From assembly GCA_045648925.1 (NCBI GenBank), contig JAZROY010000001.1:88618-152617 (forward strand): a DNA stretch of 64,000 nucleotides, given 5' to 3'. The position numbers and the translations under genes are program-made. Each line of letters begins with the position of its first letter. Position 1 is the first letter of the stretch. This DNA comes from Candidatus Enterousia sp. GTDB taxonomy: Bacteria > Pseudomonadota > Alphaproteobacteria > Rs-D84. The notes beneath the pieces are model-generated. The model ran no database searches and was not told the origin of the DNA. It saw only the letters and a program-made list of their open reading frames with translations. Shown one piece after another: positions 19,710 through 29,300 of the stretch.

Positions 19710-20240
19710 TTATTTGCCAGATTTGTGTTGTGCCTTGTTCACAGCATCACGCACAGCAGATTCAGAAACCAAACCCAATACAATCGGGCTTTGAATTTGA
19801 ATCATCGAATACGACTTATGAGTTTTATCGCGTATAGATTTAACGGTTGGATTGGTGCTTCGCATCAATCTTGCAACCTGACCGTCCGATAATTCAGGAT
19901 AATTCTTTAAAATCCACAAAATTCCGCCCAAACGATTTTGACGATGAAGTTTTGGTGTGTATCCAACACCCTTTTTGTTTTGTTTCTTTTGCGCTTCGAT
20001 AATTGCTTCGCGCAGGGTAAGACGTGCAGACGGGTCGTTTTCACATTTTTCAATATCTTCACGAGTAACCTGACCACTGATAATCGGGTTCAAGCCCTGC
20101 ATTTTATTAGATTCTGCATCGGCGATATTTTTAACTTCTAATTCGTGTAAACCGCAGAATTCGCCAATTTGTTCAAATGTTAACGCAGTATTTTCAATCA
20201 ACCATAGTGCGGTAGATTTAGGCATATATGGATAGTTCAT
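19710..20240 (-). CDS. trcR: DUF1013 family cell-cycle regulator TrcR
   Basis: MPKSTALWLIENTALTFEQIGEFCGLHELEV, YTP, PELSDGQV. Confidence 0.85.
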   Translation of the reverse strand: MNYPYMPKSTALWLIENTALTFEQIGEFCGLHELEVKNIADAESNKMQGLNPIISGQVTREDIEKCENDPSARLTLREAIIEAQKKQNKKGVGYTPKLHRQNRLGGILWILKNYPELSDGQVARLMRSTNPTVKSIRDKTHKSYSMIQIQSPIVLGLVSESAVRDAVNKAQHKSGK

Positions 20241-20316
20241 GGATTTTCCCTTTGGTTAAGACCGCTATAATATATCACAAAATACACTATATTCAAGCAG
20301 TTTTTTTAATATTTTT

Positions 20317-21741
20317 TTATTGTTTTTTGACCAGTTTGAAACCGTCCGCGGTATCCATTACTGTCCACCCCTTGGCATCAATTTGATTACGCAAATCGTC
20401 TGCGGTTGCAAAATCACGCGATTTTTTCGCCATCAATCGTTTTTGCGCCAAATCTTCAATTTCATCTGGTGCCTTAACAGATTCTGCATCAATCAACTTT
20501 TTCGCGTTTTCGATAAACCTTAACCCCAACAAATCGTCAACGAATTCAACCAAAGCCAATTTAGTTGCCGCATTGACCGCACCGTCTTTCAACAAATCTT
20601 GGAAAACAACCAAAGATTCTGCGGTTTTAAGATTGTCTGAGACCGGTACCAACAATTTATCATGCCATTGTTGATACAAATCTTTATCCAATTCGCCAGA
20701 TTTATTATTTATCAAATCTGCGATTTTACGAACAAGATTTTTATAACCCGTCGCCGCAGATTCCAATGCTTCAAACGAAAATGCCAGTTGTGATTGATAA
20801 TGTCCCAAAACAATCCAATAACGATAAATTATCGGGTCAATATTGCGCGCACGAACAGCATTCATACCCAAAAATTCCCCTTTGGACTTTGCCATTTTGT
20901 CACCACTTTTATCCAGCAGAAAACTGAAATGTACCCAATAATTCACCCAAGGTTTACCAACAATTGGTTCACTTTGTGCTATTTCATTTGTATGATGAAC
21001 ACGGGATAAATCTTCACCGCCAGTATGAATATCAAAATGATCGCCCAATAATTTCATACTCATAACACAACATTCTGTGTGCCAGCCAGGAAACCCAACA
21101 CCCCAAGGACTATCCCATTCCATTTGCCGCTTCACATCTTTTGGCGAATATTTCCACAACGCAAAATCCGTAGGATTTCGTTTTGCATCGTTATATTCAA
21201 CACGCGCACCCGCCCGTTGACCAGATAACGAACCACCTGTTAATGCACCATAATCCGCAAATTTCGATGTATCATAATAAATACCATCGTTTGGTATTTC
21301 GTATGTGTACCCAAGTTCTTCAAGTTTTTGAATTAATTCTATTTGTTCGTTTATGTATTCCGTTGCACGTGGCATATCTGTTGGACGCATGATATTCAAA
21401 TCATCACTATCGCGCAAAAATTCATCCAAATAAAACTTTGCAATATCCCATACAGATTTCTTATCACGCGCGGCGCCCTTTTCCATTTTGTCTTCGCCAG
21501 AATCATCGTCTTCGTTTGTCAAATGTCCCACATCTGTAATATTCATAACATGATGAACAACAAAACCATTCGCCAAAAACATGCGTTTTAATAAATCGTT
21601 ACCAACCATTGTGCGCATATTTCCAAGATGTGCATAATGATACACTGTTGGACCACAAGAATAAAAACCAACATGATTTGGAATAAGTGGTTTGAATTCT
21701 TCCACTTTGCGAGTCATTGTATTAAATAATCTTATCTGCAT
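20317..21741 (-). CDS. cysS: Cysteine--tRNA ligase
   Basis: CGPTVY, HLGN, DFALWK, PGWHTEC, KMAKS. Confidence 0.97.
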   Translation of the reverse strand: MQIRLFNTMTRKVEEFKPLIPNHVGFYSCGPTVYHYAHLGNMRTMVGNDLLKRMFLANGFVVHHVMNITDVGHLTNEDDDSGEDKMEKGAARDKKSVWDIAKFYLDEFLRDSDDLNIMRPTDMPRATEYINEQIELIQKLEELGYTYEIPNDGIYYDTSKFADYGALTGGSLSGQRAGARVEYNDAKRNPTDFALWKYSPKDVKRQMEWDSPWGVGFPGWHTECCVMSMKLLGDHFDIHTGGEDLSRVHHTNEIAQSEPIVGKPWVNYWVHFSFLLDKSGDKMAKSKGEFLGMNAVRARNIDPIIYRYWIVLGHYQSQLAFSFEALESAATGYKNLVRKIADLINNKSGELDKDLYQQWHDKLLVPVSDNLKTAESLVVFQDLLKDGAVNAATKLALVEFVDDLLGLRFIENAKKLIDAESVKAPDEIEDLAQKRLMAKKSRDFATADDLRNQIDAKGWTVMDTADGFKLVKKQ

Positions 21742-21816
21742 TATAAAATCCTTTCGTCTGGTGATGATAATAATAGAACAAAAACAATAATGCAAACATA
21801 ATGTTTATAAAAAAAC

Positions 21817-21840
21817 AAAAACCGGCAAATGCCGGTTTTT
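21817..21840 (-). terminator. Intrinsic terminator
   Basis: AAAACCGGCA-AA-TGCCGGTTTT directly after the stop of the 21842-22699 gene. Confidence 0.65.
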
Positions 21841-21841
21841 G

Positions 21842-22699
21842 TTATCTGGTATATTGTATGGCTTTTGCCAATGTATCAGTAACGGTTGGCGCTTCTGTTC
21901 GGGTAAGTTTACCAGGAACCCAACCTTCGATTTGTTTAATTGTTTTGACCACACGTTCAAATTCTTCTTCGTTTAAATCACACAATTTTTTGTTCAAATC
22001 GACACCTGTCAATCTTTTGATATCGGCTTGATATTTTGTTGTGTTGTTTTCGTGTGGCGGCGCATATTTGAATATCGCAGATTTAAGTGTTAAATTACGA
22101 TAGTTTTCACCACGCAACAAAGCCCGCAACGCTTCGAAACCGACTTCTTCTGATGGGAACACAGCGAACTTGTTAGCCGTGCCAACGGACATTTCGCTTT
22201 TTCTGATTGCGCCTGGATTTTTGTTGCGCCATGGCAATGTTCCACCCTGACGAACTTCAACAGTTCCATCTTTATAGATATACTTTACTGTCTTTTTGCC
22301 AAGGACTATTTTAACCCCGTATCTTTCATCAAAAACAATGTTTTCATTTTTGTTTGTGTTTTTTGCAACTGATACTGTTTTGTCTGTTGGTGTCGCTTCT
22401 TCCACTTTGGGTTCTGCCAGAGTATCTTTAAAGCCATAATCGTTTACAAACAAATTGTTATTATTGCTAATCAACGACATTGCATTGTTTGCACAAGGTG
22501 CAGCCATCGCGTATGTGTTTGAAAATTCCAGACGCGGCATAATCCCAAGTGGAAAAACCGTAGCCGTGGTTTTGGGGTCTTGGGTTTTATTAGAATTATC
22601 ATCTTGACCGCCATGCAAACTAAGTGTGCCAAACAATACTGTTGTAATGAATGCCTTGGCTTCATATGGTAAATGTTTCAAAAATTTTCTTTGTTTCAT
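21842..22699 (-). CDS. Putative lysozyme-like (RNNNPGNI-type) cell-wall hydrolase domain protein (ends QYTR)
   Basis: WRNKNPGAIR, FAVFPSEEVG, AIFKYAPPHENNT, IKQIEGW; hydrophobic N-terminus; SD AAGGAG. Confidence 0.65.
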   Translation of the reverse strand: MKQRKFLKHLPYEAKAFITTVLFGTLSLHGGQDDNSNKTQDPKTTATVFPLGIMPRLEFSNTYAMAAPCANNAMSLISNNNNLFVNDYGFKDTLAEPKVEEATPTDKTVSVAKNTNKNENIVFDERYGVKIVLGKKTVKYIYKDGTVEVRQGGTLPWRNKNPGAIRKSEMSVGTANKFAVFPSEEVGFEALRALLRGENYRNLTLKSAIFKYAPPHENNTTKYQADIKRLTGVDLNKKLCDLNEEEFERVVKTIKQIEGWVPGKLTRTEAPTVTDTLAKAIQYTR

Positions 22700-22793
22700 T
22701 TGGTTCTCCTTTGGTTATCACAGCATTAAATAATAGATAAATACGTTCCAAAAGACCGCATAAACCCACATAAAACACTTAGTTTTTTTGAGA

Positions 22794-22947
22794 TTGGTTC
22801 ATCGACAACAAACAAAAAGTTGCGATGTACATTCGAACATTTGATCAGACAAATATCCCGGCTTATCAGAAAGTTTTTCGACAGCCCGCCCCGCTATTCA
22901 GGGAACCAAGTTAATACTAGTATAAGGAAAAACAGCCGATTTGTCAA
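22794..22947 (-). promoter_or_regulatory. Sigma70 promoter plus multi-hairpin 5' leader
   Basis: TTGACA-17-TATACT on the minus strand (22947-22919); four hairpins closed by TTGGTTC/GAACCAA. Confidence 0.6.
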
Positions 22948-22998
22948 TAGGTTTTTCGTCTTTCTTGTGATTTTTTATAAAAAATCTGAAAAACACCC

Positions 22999-23027
22999 TT
23001 GCATTTGATAAATCGTTTATATATAAT
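22999..23027 (+). promoter_or_regulatory. Sigma70 promoter of tRNA-Ser(GCT)
   Basis: TTGCAT-17-TATAAT. Confidence 0.6.
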
Positions 23028-23039
23028 ACCCCTCAAGCT

Positions 23040-23128
23040 GGAGCGTTGGCAGAGTGGTAATGCAGCGGATTGCTAATCCGTGACCGTGTTTTAGCGGTCC
23101 ATAGGTTCGAGTCCTATACGCTCCGCCA
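23040..23128 (+). tRNA. tRNA-Ser(GCT)
   Basis: GGAGCGT acceptor, anticodon arm GCGGA-TTGCTAA-TCCGT, long variable arm, GGTTCGAGTCC, CCA; followed by hairpin AAACCGAC-GAAA-GTCGGTTT. Confidence 0.95.
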
Positions 23129-23161
23129 TAAAAATTAAACCGACGAAAGTCGGTTTTATTT

Positions 23162-24901
23162 TTACACTTGTTTTTCTTCAGGTGTGTGCTCTGGTTGAAA
23201 GATTTCGACATCGCGTGTCATAGATAAAAACTTTTTTACACGATTTGGAACAAGTTCAGAGACCGGCACTTCCTGTAATTCTTTAATTGCATCAGCCACA
23301 GTTTTTCCGACCATTTCCATGGTTGTTTGCCAATCTTTGTGTGCACCACCCGCTGGTTCACTTATGATTTTATCAATCACATTAAGGGACGCCATATCAC
23401 GCGCAGTTAATTTAAGTGCAGTTGCTGCCTGAGCTTTGAATTTATTATCTTTCCATAAAATACTCGCACAAGATTCAGGCGCAATTACGGAATAAATGGC
23501 ATTTTCCAACATAAACACTCTGTCCCCTGTTCCAATAGCGATTGCACCCCCAGAACCACCTTCGCCCACATTTACAGCGACATACGGTGTTTTTACACTT
23601 AATCCAACCGATATTGTTGATGCTACCGCCTGGGATTGTCCGCGTTCTTCTGCCGCACCACCGGCAAATGCGCCCGCAGTATCAAACAAAGAAATTATTG
23701 GTAAATTGAATTTTTCTCCCAATTTCATCAACCGTTGCGCCTTTCTGTATCCTTCGGGATTTGGCATACCAAATCTGTGTTTTTGACGGGTTTCTATGGT
23801 ACGCCCTTTTTCCTGACCAAGAATCACAGCAGGGATACCATACCAGTACCCAATACCGCCACACATTGCCGCGTCTTCGGCAAAGCATCTGTCACCCGCA
23901 AGGTATGTCCATTTGTCTACAATACCGTTCACATAGTCCAACAAATGTGGTCTATTCTCATTGCGTGCCAGCAAAACCCTATCATATTCAGGGGATTTAC
24001 CCATATCACGCGATTTTTTGGGTGTATCAAATTTTGGCGTTTTAATATCTATAACCTTTGGCTCACACGGTTGTTTTGTTAAAACAGATAAAATTCTTTC
24101 AAGATTCGCTTTTAATTCAGAACGATCTGCGACAACATCAACCATACCATGGTCATATAAATAATCTGCTGTTTGGAAATTAGATGGTAATTTTTCATGT
24201 ATATTTTGCTCAATAACACGACGACCGGCAAACCCTATCCTTGCGCCGCGTTCTGCAATATGAATATCGCCAAGCATAGCAAACGAAGCCGTCACACCAC
24301 CAAAAGTCGGGTCTGTTAAAATCACAATATATGGCAACCCGTTCTCGTGTAGTTTATTTACAGCGACAGTTGTTCGTGCCATCTGCATCAAAGACAAAAT
24401 GTTTTCTTGCATACGCGCACCACCACTGCATGTCACCATAATAAATGGATTCTTTAACTCAATTGCATGTTCAATACTTGCAATGATTGCGTCACCCGCC
24501 GCGCGCCCCATTGAACCCATCATAAAATCGCCGTTCATTACACAAATTGTTGCTGGCATTCCCCCTATTTTGCCATCAGCAGTTGAAATAGCATCTTTGG
24601 CGCCTGTGTCTTCGCGCGCTTCTGCCAATCTCTCCTTGTAAGAAACCCTGTCCGTAAAATTAAGCGGGTCATCACTTGGCATAACAAAATCAAATTTTTG
24701 CCAATCTACATTATCAAACAGCAAATCAAATCTTTGCTTCGGATTCATTATGAATGCACGATTGCATTTCGGGCAAACATAATGATTGTTTTTATAATCT
24801 TTAAAGAACACCAAACGACCACATGCTTCGCATTTTATCCACATCAGTCGACGCACACGTTCATATCTGTCACGATTGTGATTTTTTATTCCAGCAGACA
24901 T
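23162..24901 (-). CDS. accD/accA: Acetyl-CoA carboxylase carboxyltransferase, beta and alpha subunits fused
   Basis: AccD part: CEAC...CPKC, SGGARMQE, PTFGGVTASFA. AccA part in the same frame: FGMPNPEGYRKA, AEERGQ, GEGGSGGA, YSVIAPE. Confidence 0.93.
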   Translation of the reverse strand: MSAGIKNHNRDRYERVRRLMWIKCEACGRLVFFKDYKNNHYVCPKCNRAFIMNPKQRFDLLFDNVDWQKFDFVMPSDDPLNFTDRVSYKERLAEAREDTGAKDAISTADGKIGGMPATICVMNGDFMMGSMGRAAGDAIIASIEHAIELKNPFIMVTCSGGARMQENILSLMQMARTTVAVNKLHENGLPYIVILTDPTFGGVTASFAMLGDIHIAERGARIGFAGRRVIEQNIHEKLPSNFQTADYLYDHGMVDVVADRSELKANLERILSVLTKQPCEPKVIDIKTPKFDTPKKSRDMGKSPEYDRVLLARNENRPHLLDYVNGIVDKWTYLAGDRCFAEDAAMCGGIGYWYGIPAVILGQEKGRTIETRQKHRFGMPNPEGYRKAQRLMKLGEKFNLPIISLFDTAGAFAGGAAEERGQSQAVASTISVGLSVKTPYVAVNVGEGGSGGAIAIGTGDRVFMLENAIYSVIAPESCASILWKDNKFKAQAATALKLTARDMASLNVIDKIISEPAGGAHKDWQTTMEMVGKTVADAIKELQEVPVSELVPNRVKKFLSMTRDVEIFQPEHTPEEKQV

Positions 24902-24906
24902 TTGTA

Positions 24907-25185
24907 TTATCCATTCATTTTCTTGGTTAAATCACGACTTGGTTTAAACAATATAGTTTTTCCCGCAGGCACTATCATTGTTTCGCCAGTTGTTGGATTA
25001 TATCCGTTTTTTGTAGAGTGTTTACGCATCTGAAACGAACCAAATCCGCGAATTTCAATTCTGTCATCATTTGCAATTGCAGAAATCATTTCGTCCATAA
25101 CAGTATCCAACACGGTCATTGCATCCCCAGTGCGCATATTTTTGAATTGCACCTGGATTGTTCTTATAATATCTGAACGTTTCAT
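24907..25185 (-). CDS. ihfB: Integration host factor beta / HU family protein
   Basis: RIEIRGFGSF, GYNPTTGE, FKPS. Confidence 0.8.
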   Translation of the reverse strand: MKRSDIIRTIQVQFKNMRTGDAMTVLDTVMDEMISAIANDDRIEIRGFGSFQMRKHSTKNGYNPTTGETMIVPAGKTILFKPSRDLTKKMNG

Positions 25186-25321
25186 AATAAACACCTTTTA
25201 TTGTTTCAACAATATAATACCATATTTTATAAAAAATAAAGCATTTTATTATCTAAGAAAACTGTCTTATTAAAATCACGCAGATTTACTGGCATATTTA
25301 TAATATTAAAAAGGATTTATT

Positions 25322-26032
25322 ATGCACGAAGATAGTTACACTTTACCTTTGATTGGTGATGTTGCACCCAAATTTATTGCGAATACAACCAATGGACCAA
25401 TACATTTTCCCGATGATTTTGTTGGTCGTTGGGTTGTTTTGTTTTCGCACCCAATGGACTTTACCCCAGTATGCACCACAGAATTTTTATCTTTTCAATC
25501 TTTGATGCCAGAATTTCAAAAATTAAATACTAGTTTGATTGGATTGTCTGTGGGGGGGATATCTTCGCACCTTGCTTGGTTTCGTTCTATATACAATGAG
25601 ATAGATTTCAAAGATTGGAAAAATGTTGAAATAACTTTTCCTGTAATTGCAGATATGGATTTAAATGTATCAAAATTATACGGTATGCTTCATCCGAATA
25701 CTTCTGACACAAAGACAGTTCGCGCAGTATTTATAATTGACCCGCACGGAATTATTAGAACAATTTTATATTATCCACAAACAGTTGGCAGAAACATAAG
25801 AGAAATATTAAGAATTTTAATTGCATTACAGACAAACGATGCTTGCGGATTATCTACACCGGCTGATTGGATTCCCGGGGAGCCGGTCATAGAGCCATCA
25901 CCAAAAACTACAAAAGAAATGCAAAAACGTGTAAAGACCAAAAATAAAAATGAACAAGCATGGTATTTAACATTTCGCGATTTACCAGAATCAGAAATCT
26001 ATGAAAAGATTATGAAAAAGAAAAAACATTAA
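25322..26032 (+). CDS. Peroxiredoxin (Prx6/TDXH-type)
   Basis: FSHPMDFTPVCTTE, RAVFIIDP, GRNIREILR, TPADW. Confidence 0.92.
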   Translation: MHEDSYTLPLIGDVAPKFIANTTNGPIHFPDDFVGRWVVLFSHPMDFTPVCTTEFLSFQSLMPEFQKLNTSLIGLSVGGISSHLAWFRSIYNEIDFKDWKNVEITFPVIADMDLNVSKLYGMLHPNTSDTKTVRAVFIIDPHGIIRTILYYPQTVGRNIREILRILIALQTNDACGLSTPADWIPGEPVIEPSPKTTKEMQKRVKTKNKNEQAWYLTFRDLPESEIYEKIMKKKKH

Positions 26033-26082
26033 AATTTTATTTTGCATATAATGTAATTATCTTTGGCAAAAAATAATTATTG

Positions 26083-26111
26083 TTGCTTTTAATCGTTTTA
26101 ATATATATAAT
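26083..26111 (+). promoter_or_regulatory. Sigma70 promoter of tRNA-Ser(CGA)
   Basis: TTGCTT-17-TATAAT. Confidence 0.55.
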
Positions 26112-26123
26112 CTGACTCCATAC

Positions 26124-26214
26124 GGAGATGTGGCAGAGCTGGTTGAATGCGCGCGACTCGAAATCGCGTATACGGGCAACCGTATCGGGGGTTCGAACCC
26201 CTCCATCTCCGCCA
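26124..26214 (+). tRNA. tRNA-Ser(CGA)
   Basis: GGAGATG acceptor, CGCGA-CTCGAAA-TCGCG, long variable arm, GGTTCGAACCC, CCA. Confidence 0.95.
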
Positions 26215-26370
26215 TGAATAAAAAAGCCCCAAAATGGGGTGTTTTTTATTCATCGTGTATAGTTAATGGGTTAAACACTGCAACGAAATCACAATTTCTA
26301 AAAAAACACTTGCGTTGAATATCAATTTTTTTCTAAGATAAATAAAGGAATGTCAAGGAAAGGGATTTAA

Positions 26371-29300
26371 ATGCCTGATTTTGTGCGTTTTTCAAGTATT
26401 TTGAAAACTGCATTTTTTGCAATTGTGATGGTATTTGGCTTGTCAAATGCATGTTCTGCATCATCAATTTGTCCAGGCGGATACAAGGTGCAAACAAATC
26501 TTTTCGCGGATTTGCAGCACTGTGGTGTTTCCGGCAGTGTCGGATACGAACACACCGGCAACGCATCAACATCTGATGCAAGCACTAACACATGGATATC
26601 TTATTTTCCATCTTTCCGTGTAAAGGGTCGGTCATATTGTTCGACGACTGCGCCTGGTGATGCATCCCAAGATGTCGCATGCCCCAGTATCCCACGCAGA
26701 CCCATGGCGGATGCAATTAACACCAGCGGTTCCGGAAGATATTGTTGGTGTCAGGCAACAGAACACCAGGCTTTTTCGACTGTTTCAAACAGCTGGGCGG
26801 CACCGTTTCAAAAAATATACGCTAAATATGTTTTTTTAAAGGACATGGGCAGTAGTTGCCAAAGTTCATGTGCGGAATATTGTTCTTATATGACCAAAAA
26901 TTTTATCTTGGACGGTTCAACAGACAATCCTGTAATCGGTGTGAATTTACGTGCCTCGATATACGATTCGTTGCTGCAATGCATGCCAATTGAAAATAAA
27001 ATTACATATATAAGTGATGGTGATATTATTGATTACCAATATTATACTGGGAATTCCGTTACCTTGAAAGATGAAATCACAAAAAGTTATTATTCTTTTA
27101 AGGGCTGGTGCGAAACAGAAACTTGCAGCAATCCGATGTCTGGTGGCAGTGTAAAGACCGGTTGGTCTGGCGAAAAAACACTTTATGCCCAATGGGAACT
27201 TTCTAGTTGTGAAAATGGTTTAAAAACACAATATGTTAACGGAACACTTACTTGCACAACAGAATGTGCCGACGGTTACGAAGAACAGTTTAACCCATTC
27301 CGTGCGGAATACAGTTCTGCCCCGAACGAGGGTACATATTGTGCAAGAAAAGGAAATGGTTCTGAAACCAATGGAACAAATTGGACGGCTTCTTTTTCAA
27401 GTTATGGATATATGGTAAAGGGTGAATCGTATTGTTCTGCCACAGCACCATTAGAATCAACAGGAACATTTGATGAAGCATGTGAAATGCGACTTCTACC
27501 TATGCTTGAAAATATAGATACTGAAACTTCTGGAAAACATTGTTGGTGCAGAGCAACAGAATATGACCAGCTGGTTTCTAATTCCACTCATACTGCTTAT
27601 GTTGTATCCACTTCCACACCATTAGATTCCAAATATGTATACACGACACAATTACAACGGTGTTCTGTTGATTGTCCATCACTTTGTGGTGCTATGTGGG
27701 GTCAAAACATTTTTTATGGTGTTGTCTCGGTTAATCTGCGTACATCTATTTACAGATCACTGAAAAAGTGCCAGAAAACAAATTATACTCTTACTCTTAA
27801 AGATGGCGAACAAACAATAGATATAATGGATTATTCTGTGTCTGATACTGTCGATTTGCCTGTACCATCAACCGTTCATACAGGATATGAATTTGTTGGT
27901 TGGTGTGAAGATTTAAACGATTGTCCAGACCCTATGGTTGGCGAACAGACAGGTTTGTTCGGAAATAAGACACTTTATGCAAAATGGGTTCCAGAACCGT
28001 ACCCAATAGAATATTCACTAAATGGGACAACATTAACAAAAAGCGCCCCGATGACGTATACTGTTGACAGAACTGTTGTACTGGATGCTCCAATTGTTGA
28101 AGATGGATATGAATTTGATGGCTGGGTAGATGAAACATCGGGACAAGATGTCGAAGTTTTGCCAACAAACACCATAAAATCAGGAACTGCCAGATTGGCT
28201 GCGCGTGTGTCAGTAAGGGCATCTTCTGCAGGCAACACCACTGGATCTGGTTCTGGTTCAACATCTGGTCTTAACTTTGATTCTGTCACAGATTATACAA
28301 TTCCTGCAACTTGTGATGCAGGATACGAACACAGCAATATTGCTGGTGCAGTATTGGATCCAAAAAAAGACACAAATGCTACAATAACCGCGCATATAAG
28401 TGGCGATAATCAATCGAAAAAAATGTCATCTTTTGTACCAGATATAAAAAACGATGGAACCAGTCCACTTGGGGTTTGGGGCTTGCTTTATGCCGCAGGA
28501 TATAACAGCAGCACACAGACCGTAAGCAATCCTTTTTACTGGGTATACGGGGAATCAAGTTGTAATGGTGATACTGGTGGAACACCGCCGGATAATTTGG
28601 TTTATTCTAACGGTTATCACGAAACAATGAACGGTCAAGATAACAACGGACAAAACTGTTGGTGCAGAATGACCGACTATCAAATATATAATAATGAAAA
28701 ACAGACCAATTTACAGACCCCATGGGTGTATTTACAGATGTTTAATACAACTGAATTATGTTCTAGAAATTGCGCGCCTGCTTGTCGTGCTGCCATGGTA
28801 TCAAACGCGTTCTTCCGCTCCCAGGTGTTTGGTGATTATTCGGCATGCAAACCGAAAGAATACACCATAACTTATGAATTAAATGGTGGACATTGGACTG
28901 GCAACGAACCGGAAACAACATACACAATCGTGTATCACGATGTGACGGTTCCAAACACCGTGGCACGTGAAGGTTTTGAATTCGCTGGTTGGTGCGAAGG
29001 TGTAAACAACCCAAAATCATCTGCATGCCATGCAGCCAATGAAACATTGACAATACCAACAGGATCTTCTGGCGATAAAACATATTACGCAAGATGGAAA
29101 ACAACTATCAATTTTTATGCAGGAACAGTAGCAGTAGAAAATAATGTTCCTTTCCCTATGAGTCCGAAAGATGTTTATTACAAAGAAACAAATATCACTT
29201 TGCCACAAAACACTTTCAATAGAAACGGTTATAGTTTTACTGGTTGGAGATGCGTGGCAAAAGATAATAATAACAATGATGTTATATTGGAATATCCAGA

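Noticed and set aside
26040-26072. dif site (TTGCATATAATGTAATTAT)
   Set aside because: Only a partial XerC-like arm; the XerD arm TTATGTTAAAT is missing.
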